64,000 nt of DNA. Origin: the human T2T-CHM13v2.0 reference genome, Homo sapiens. The stretch's first letter is position 1. Each line of letters starts with the position of its first letter. The notes under the pieces were generated by a model, which was given only the letters and a program-made list of their open reading frames with translations, did no database searches and had not been told where the DNA came from. Positions 51,061 to 64,000 of this stretch are shown one piece after another. The DNA lies in assembly GCF_009914755.1 (NCBI RefSeq), contig NC_060931.1. One strand, 5' to 3'. The position numbers were made by a program, and so were the translations under genes.

Positions 51061-52358
51061 CTCCTTCTCCTTCTTCTTTTTCTTTTTTTTTTTTTGAAGC
51101 AGAGTCTCGTTCTGTCACCCAGTCTGGAGTGCAGTGGCGTGATCTCTGCTCACTGCAACCTCTGCCTCCTGGGTTTAAGCAATTCTCCTGCCTCAACCTC
51201 CCAAGTAGCTGAGACTGCAGGCGTGCACCACCATGCCCGGCTAATTTTTGTATTTTTGGTACAGACAGGGTTTCACCATGTTGGCCAGGCTGGTCTCGAA
51301 CTCCGGACCTCAAGTGGTCCACCTGCCTCAGCCTCCCAAATGCTGGGATTACAGCGTGAGCCATTGCTTCTGGCCCCTTTCATTCTTCATTCATTCAAGA
51401 AATACTGAGCACCTACAATATGCCAGGTGCTGTCCTAGGCACTTAAAATACACCAGTGCAGAAAACAGACAAGGAAGAGTAGGGTGTGGTAGCGGGGGGG
51501 CAGTTACCGACACAAAGTAAATATAGTTATAAAGTGAGCGATGCTACTGGGAAAATAAAAAGTCAAACAAGTTTGGAGCCAAGTGCACTGGCTCACGCCT
51601 GTAATCCCAGCGCTTTGGGAAGCTGAGACGGGAGGATCACCTCAAGTGATCTGCCCACTTTGGCCTCCCAAAGTGCTGGGATTACAGGCGTGAGCCACTG
51701 TGCCCCGCCGTGAGTTATCAATTATTTATTTATTTATTTTGGAGACAGAGTCTCGCCCTGTCTCCCAGGCTGGAGTGCAGTGGCTCTATCTCGGCTCACT
51801 GCAAGCTCCGCTGCCCAGGTTCAATTGATTCTCCTACCTCAGCCTCCTAAGTAACTGGGACTACAGGTGTACACCACCACGCCCAGCTAATTTTTGTGTT
51901 TTTAGTAGAGACGGGGTTTCACCACGTTGGCCAGGCTGGTCTTGAACTGCTGACCTCAGGTGATCCGGCCACCTCGGCCTCCCAAAGTGCTGGGATTATA
52001 GGCGTTGAGCCACTGTGCCTGGGCGAGTTACCGATTTTAAATAGGCTGGTCAGAGTAGGTCACATTCAGGACACATTTGAGCACGAACTTGAAAAAGGTG
52101 AGGTAGTAGCAGAGGACATTCCAGGCTGAGGGGCCAGCTGTGCAAAGGTCCTGAGGTAGCAGTGGGGCTGTCGGGGAAGGAGGGGATCAAGGCACAGCAA
52201 AGAGCCATGTGGCCAGCATGAAGAGGGTGACCTGAGATCCACAGGAGCGGCAGATCACATAGAGCCTTGAAGGCCATTGTCAGGACTGTGGCTTTCCTAT
52301 TCTGTGTGAATGGGGAGCCTTTGCAGGATTTTGAGCAGTGACTTGATCTGACTTATTT

Positions 52359-55028
52359 ATTTTTTTTTTTTTAATTTATTTTTTTATTGATAATTCTTGG
52401 GTGTTTCTCACAGAGGGGGATTTGGCAGGGTCATGGGACAATAGTGGAGGGAAGGTCAGCAGATAAACAAGTGAACAAAGGTCTCTGGTTTTCCTAGGCA
52501 GAGGACCCTGCGGCCTTCCGCAGTGTTTGTGTCCCTGATTACTTGAGATTAGGGATTGGTGATGACTCTTAACGAGCATGCTGCCTTCAAGCATCTGTTT
52601 AACAAAGCACATCTTGCACCGCCCTTAATCCATTTAACCCTGAGTGGACACAGCACATGTTTCAGAGAGCACAGGGTTGGGGGTAAGGTCACAGATCAAC
52701 AGGATCCCAAGGCAGAGGAATTTTTCTTAGTGCAGAACAAAATGAAAAGTCTCCCATGTCTACTTCTTTCTACACAGACACGGCAACCATCCGATTTCTC
52801 AATCTTTTCCCCACCTTTCCCGCCTTTCTATTCCACAAAGCCGCCATTGTCATCCTGGCCCGTTCTCAATGAGCTGTTGGGCACACCTCCCAGACGGGGT
52901 GGTGGCCGGGCAGAGGGGCTCCTCACTTCCCAGTAGGGGCGGCCGGGCAGAGGCGCCCCTCACCTCCTGGGCGGGGCGGCTGGCCGGGCGGGGGGCTGAC
53001 CCCCCCCACCTCCCTCCCGGATGGGGCGGCTGGCCGGTCGGGGGGCTGACCCCCCACCTCCCTCCCGGACGGGGCGGCTGGCCAGGCAGAGGGGCTCCTC
53101 ACTTCCCAGTAGGGGCGGCCGGGCAGAGGCGCCCCTCACCTCCCGGACGGGGCGGCTGGCCGGGCAGGGGGGCTGACCCCCCCACCTCCCTCCCGGACGG
53201 GGCGGCTGGCCGGGCGGGGGGCTGACCCCCCCACCTCCCTCGCGGACGGGGCAGCTGGCCGGGCAGAGGGGCTCCTCACTTCCCAGTAGGGGCGGCCGGG
53301 CAGAGGCGCCCCTCACCTCCCGGACGGGGCGGCTGGCCGGGCAGGGGGGCTGACCCCCCCCACCTCCCTCCCGGACGGGGCGGCTGGCCGGGCAGGGGGG
53401 CTGACCCCCCCCACCTCCCTCCCGGACGGGGCGGCTGGCCGGGCGGGGGGCTGACCCCCCCACCTCCCTCGCGGACGGGGCGGCTGGCCGGGCAGAGGGG
53501 CTCCTCACTTCCCAGTAGGGGTGGCCGGGCAGAGGCGCCCCTCACCTCCCGGATGGGGCGGCTGGCCGGGCAGGGGGGCTGACCCCCCCCACCTCCCTCC
53601 CGGACGGGGCGGCTGGCCGGGCGGGGGGCCGACACCCCCACCTCCCTCCCGGACGGGGCGGCTGGCCGGGCGGGGGGCCGACCCCCCCACCTCCCTCCCG
53701 GACGGGGCGGCTGGCCGGGCAGAGGGGCTCCTCTCTTCCCAGTAGGGGCGGCCGGGCAGAGGCGCCCCTCACCTCCCAGACGGGGCGGCTGGCCGGGCGG
53801 AGGGCTGACCCCCCCACCTCCCTCCCGGACGGGGCGGCTGGCCGGGCAGAGGGGCTCCTCACTTCCCAGTAGGGGCGGCCGGGCAGAGGCGCCCCTCACC
53901 TCCCGGACCGGGCGGCTGGCCGGGCGGGGGGCTGACCCCCCCACCTCCCTCCCGGATGGCACGGCTGGCCGGGCGGGGGGCTGACCCCCCACCTCCCTCC
54001 CGGATGGGGCGGCTGGCCGGGCGGGGGGCTGACCCCCCCTCACCTCCCTCCCGGACGGGGTGGCTGCCGGGCGGAGATGCTCCTCACTTCCCAGATGGGG
54101 TGGCTGCTGGGCGGAGAGGCTCCTCACTTCTCAGACGGGGCAGCTGCCGGGCGGAGGGGCTCCTCACTTCTCAGACGGGGTGGTTGCCAGGCAGAGGGTC
54201 TCCTCACTTCTCAGACGGGGCGGCCGGGCAGAGACGCTCCTCACCTCCCAGACGGGGTCTCGGCCGGGCAGAAGCGCTCCTCACATCCCAGATGGGGCGG
54301 TGGGGCAGAGGTGCTCCCCACATCTCAGACGATGGGCGGCCGGGCAGAGACGCTCCTCACTTCCTAGATGTGATGGCGGCTGGGAAGAGGCGCTCCTCAC
54401 TTCCTAGATGGGATGGCGGCCGGGCGGAGACGCTCCTCACTTCCCAGACTGGGCGGCCGGGCAGAGGGGCTCCTCACATCCCAGACGATGGGCGGCCAGG
54501 CAGAGACACTCCTCACTTCCCAGACGGGGGTGGCGGCCGGGCAGAGGCTGCAATCTCGGCACTTTGGGAGGCCAAGGCAGGCGGCTGGGAGGTGGAGGTT
54601 GTAGTGAGCCGAGATCACGCCACTGCACTCCAGCCTGGGCACCATTGAGCACTGAGTGAACGAGACTCCGTCTGCAATCCCGGCACCTCGGGAGGCCGAG
54701 GTTGGCGGATCACTCGCGGTTAGGGGCTGGAGACCCGCCCGGCCAACACAGCGAAACCCCGTCTCCACCAAAACCAGTCAGGCGTGGCGGCGCGTGCCTG
54801 CAATCGCAGGCACTCGGCAGGCTGAGGCAGGAGAATCAGGCAGGGAGGTTGCAGTGAGCCGAGATGGCAGCAGTACAGTCCAGCTTCGGCTCCGCATGAG
54901 AGGGAGACCGTGGGGAGAGGGAGACGGAGACGGAGACGAGGGAGAGGGAGGGGGAGGGGGAGGGGGAGAGGGAGGGGGAGGGGGAGGGGGAGGGGGAGGG
55001 GGAGGGGGAGGGGGAGGGGGACGGGGAC
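52359..55028 (-). mobile_element. Full-length SVA retrotransposon (SVA_F-like, 2.67 kb) in ZAN intron 7, antisense to ZAN, inserted into an L2 fragment
   Basis: Poly-T, SINE-R (~52385-52880), GC-rich VNTR (~52885-54545), Alu-like region (~54545-54905) and hexamer tract. 14-bp TSD GATCTGACTTATTT at 52345-52358 and 55029-55042, with an L1-EN-type TT/AAAA site. Confidence 0.95.
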
Positions 55029-55076
55029 GATCTGACTTATTTTTTAAGGATTTTTTTTGTGTTGAGAATCCACTGA

Positions 55077-58390
<3,314 letters not shown>

Positions 58391-58664
58391 AGAGTTAGCA
58401 CCCAAAGGTCAAAGTTCTAGTTGCTGCTTTGGAGAAGGTGTCCGCCGCTTCCCATGGCAGCGCCGGGTCCTTACCCAGCCCAAGCATTTCTAGGAAAAGT
58501 TGAAGACCTCAGTCAGTTGGGATAGGACCACCTCAGTGCTGCCTGATTCTAGGCTGCTGTTGGGGATCCCCAGAGACAAGTCCACAGCCTCCTCAGGGCC
58601 CTATCTCTGCTGCCATCTTCCCTCAATTCCATCCACCCCAGTTCCCTGGCCTTTTGCTTCACAG

Positions 58665-58829
58665 GTGGCTGCTACATGCTCCTGGACCCCAAGAATGCAA
58701 GACCTGGGCAGAAAGCTGTCCTCCTGAGCCCCGTGAGCCTGTCCTCTGGCTGTCTGAGCTTTTCCTTCCACTACATCCTCCGGGGCCAGTCTCCTGGTGC
58801 AGCCCTCCACATTTATGCTTCAGTCTTGG
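58665..58829 (+). CDS. ZAN: ZAN exon 8 (165 nt): GCYMLLDPKNARPGQKAVLLSP...YASVL
   Basis: Translation; acceptor cacAG and donor G|GTTAGA. Confidence 0.95.
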
Positions 58830-59009
58830 GTTAGAGCGGAGAATTAATGGGATTTACACTGATCTGGGCGCATCTCCCAGGGTTGGCTTGATGGGGAAAC
58901 ATGGGGCATCCCTCAGGGTCTAGGGAGGTCTGGAATATGTGCGAGACTATTCCATGAAGTGGAAATCATGGCTGGGAGGGCACTTTGGGAGGCCGAGGCA
59001 GGCGGATCA

Positions 59010-59404
<395 letters not shown>

Positions 59405-59407
59405 TCA

Positions 59408-59617
<210 letters not shown>

Positions 59618-59676
59618 TCAAAGTCGTTTCCCAGTCCCCTTAAGCTCACTTCTCCTTCCAATTCCTTTCACTGCAG

Positions 59677-59768
59677 GGAGTATCCGGAAACACACTCTCT
59701 TCTCAGGACAACCTGGGCCCAACTGGCAGGCTGTTTCTGTCAATTACACAGCCGTGGGACGGATACAG
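59677..59768 (+). CDS. ZAN: ZAN exon 9 (92 nt): SIRKHTLFSGQPGPNWQAVSVNYTAVGRIQ
   Basis: Translation; splice sites. Confidence 0.95.
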
Positions 59769-59916
59769 GTACAGAGAAGCAAGGGGTCAGGTCCTTGCAC
59801 ATGGTAGGCACACCCAATGTTGAAATAAATTGAGGGGCCTGGTGCTGTGGCTCATGCCTGTATTCCCAATACTTTGGGAGGCTGAGGAGGGAGGATCGCT
59901 TCAGGACAGGAGTTCA

Positions 59917-60198
<282 letters not shown>

Positions 60199-60263
60199 TT
60201 AGATCAGGGGCTTGGGGGTGTGGGCTGTGTGCTCACTCCTGCTCCATCTCCCTTTCTCTCCAG

Positions 60264-60342
60264 TTTGCCGTGGTAGGCGTTTTTGGAAAGACCCCAGAGC
60301 CAGCTGTGGCAGTTGATGCAACCAGCATTGCTCCTTGTGGGG
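60264..60342 (+). CDS. ZAN: ZAN exon 10 (79 nt): FAVVGVFGKTPEPAVAVDATSIAPCG
   Basis: Translation; splice sites. Confidence 0.95.
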
Positions 60343-60450
60343 GTGAGAGCAGGCCCTGAGAGGCCCGGATCTCTCAGAATCCGGGGTGGGCTGGGGGAGG
60401 GCTGGAGAGCGTCACTCAACTTGCTCAAATATCCTATTTTGATCCCCCAG

Positions 60451-60597
60451 AGGGTTTTCCTCAGTGTGACTTTGAAGACAACGCCCATCCCTTCTGTGAC
60501 TGGGTCCAGACTTCCGGGGATGGTGGACACTGGGCCCTCGGACATAAAAATGGACCCGTCCATGGCATGGGCCCTGCGGGAGGTTTCCCTAATGCAG
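60451..60597 (+). CDS. ZAN: ZAN exon 11 (147 nt): MAM3 start GFPQCDFEDNAHPFCDW...GGFPNA
   Basis: Translation; splice sites. Confidence 0.96.
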
Positions 60598-60884
60598 GTG
60601 AGGAGATTGAGGAGCGCTCACGCCAAGAAATCACTCAGTCTGCTCCCAGGTAGCAGGCTGGCTGCTGTGACTGATGGGAGACGTTGTTTCAGGCAGTGGG
60701 AAGATCAGTCCACAGGTGTTTTTTCGGAAGTTTCCATGGTACTGGAATTGTGGAGATAGCAGAGTAACTTAAAGATTCTCAGGGCTGGGGGGTCACTGAA
60801 ATCCTGAGAAAACCCAGGCATCTCACTTCATGGAGCCCAAAGCTTCAAAACCCACCACCTCATTTTCAGTCTAGACGTTTATGA

Positions 60885-62560
<1,676 letters not shown>

Positions 62561-62751
62561 CGCTTTTCCCTTTCTTTGTGATCCCACCTTCTTTAGTTAG
62601 ATGTCTAAAATGAGCAGAAAAAATAATGCTACGACCTGGGAAATTTGAGTGTTTGCTCAGATTCCCGTTCAGAAAGCAAAGCTTTGCTAAAGCAGCAGTT
62701 GGCATGTCCTGTGCAGGCTTCTTACCTTGCCTGTTCCCTTCCTTTGCCTAG

Positions 62752-63023
62752 GGGGTCACTATATCTACCTTGAGGCTGACGAGTTCTCCCAGGCAGGCCA
62801 GTCAGTCAGACTGGTGAGCCGGCCCTTCTGCGCCCCAGGTGACATCTGCGTGGAGTTCGCATACCACATGTATGGCCTTGGGGAGGGTACTATGCTCGAA
62901 CTCCTCCTGGGAAGTCCTGCGGGGAGTCCCCCGATTCCTCTCTGGAAACGCGTGGGGTCTCAGCGCCCTTACTGGCAGAACACCTCCGTCACCGTCCCCT
63001 CAGGACACCAACAGCCCATGCAG
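62752..63023 (+). CDS. ZAN: ZAN exon 12 (272 nt): GHYIYLEADEFSQAGQ...GHQQPMQ
   Basis: Translation; splice sites. Confidence 0.96.
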
Positions 63024-63308
63024 GTGAGAGACGGAGGCGGGGGTCCTGTCTGTGTGAGGTGAGAGGGCCAATGCCTGGGATCTGGGGGCGCCACCAGTGC
63101 TGAAGAGGTGGAAAGCTGGAAAGAGAGCCGAGAAAAGGGGAACTTCGTGTTACAGAAAGTGAGAAAGGGGCCGGGATGGGGCTGGACTGTTGAGGCTGGA
63201 ACAAGGCGACATTTTGGCAGAGAACAGATTCTATGCCCAGTGGAATCACAGAGTTGCTGGAGATTCATTTTTGTTTCTCTCTCCGTCTCTCTCCCTTGTC
63301 GCCTTTAG

Positions 63309-63393
63309 CTTATTTTCAAGGGCATCCAGGGAAGCAACACGGCCTCTGTGGTTGCTATGGGTTTCATCTTGATCAATCCTGGGACTTGTCCAG
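63309..63393 (+). CDS. ZAN: ZAN exon 13 (85 nt): LIFKGIQGSNTASVVAMGFILINPGTCP
   Basis: Translation; splice sites. Confidence 0.95.
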
Positions 63394-63838
63394 GTAAGAC
63401 CAAAGCCCAGGCTCCAGGAAGGGGGCGGTGCCCTGAGGTTCCCTGGAGTTCTCTCTATGAACTGCTTAAAATGTGAGTCCTCCCTGGAGCCCGAATTCTC
63501 ACCCAGCTGGCTTTGTTTTCCATCTTCAACACACCTCTCCTTCCCCTGCACTTCAAGATGTTTGCCTGGGTGAATGTGGCTTCGATACCATGGATTTTGG
63601 GGGCTGGATCCAGAACTCCTTCCTCTGCAGTCTTGAAGGCTGGACCCATATCCTATTCATTTCTGGCATAATATCTGACATATATTAGTGTTCGTTGAGT
63701 GGATGAAGGTTGGGGTTTGGGAGTAGAAAGAGAGGTGTGAATAAGCCACCCATGGGAGCCCACTCCAGTTAGATGGCAGTAAAGAGGGTGGTGGTATGGT
63801 TTTGACTAAACTCCAGGGATTCTTATTTTTCTTTGCAG

Positions 63839-64000
63839 TAAAAGTGCTACCAGAGCTTCCTCCCGTATCTCCAGTTTCTTCCACTGGCCCTTCTGAAACC
63901 ACTGGCCTCACAGAAAACCCTACAATCTCCACCAAGAAACCTACAGTTTCCATAGAAAAACCCAGTGTCACCACAGAAAAGCCCACAGTCCCCAAAGAAA
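63839..64000 (+). CDS. ZAN: ZAN exon 14 (truncated by window end): start of the mucin-like domain with 7-aa repeats (TENPTIS, TKKPTVS, IEKPSVT, TEKPTVP)
   Basis: Acceptor ctttgcAG; 21-nt periodicity in the coding sequence. Confidence 0.95.

Noticed and set aside
52885-54545. Repeat array superficially like a CRISPR array
   Set aside because: Tandem SVA VNTR units with no unique spacers, in human DNA. No CRISPR, tRNA or rRNA gene was seen anywhere in the window.

Overview
This is human genomic DNA, the GIGYF1-POP7-EPO-ZAN gene cluster (7q22.1 from recognition of the genes). From left to right: (1) the 5' end of GIGYF1 on the minus strand, with three non-coding leader exons, the first two coding exons, and a CpG-island promoter carrying a perfect (CCG)19 tract; (2) the complete two-exon POP7 (Rpp20) gene; (3) the complete five-exon EPO gene (582-nt CDS, 193 aa) with its uORF, promoter GATA site, 3' hypoxia enhancer and a matching distal 5' HRE about 9.2 kb upstream; (4) the 5' half of ZAN (signal peptide, three MAM domains, start of the mucin-like repeats). 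The intergenic and intronic DNA is saturated with Alus. It also holds old L1/L2/MIR fragments, a solo MER11D-like ERVK LTR with 6-bp TSDs just upstream of EPO, and a full-length SVA (SVA_F-like) with 14-bp TSDs in ZAN intron 7. Almost all ORFs in the supplied track are artefacts of Alu, SVA or GC-rich sequence. I see no prokaryotic-type system. The best candidates for undescribed biology are inferences: a promoter-like CRE/RFX/CCAAT module inside ZAN intron 7, a perfect 47-bp inverted repeat bracketing the symmetric ZAN exon 7, and a divergent poly-Arg micro-ORF read through the GIGYF1 (CCG)19 tract. ZAN and GIGYF1 exon numbers, variant IDs and literature points are from memory and were not checked against a database. 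Repeat boundaries without a TSD are approximate.
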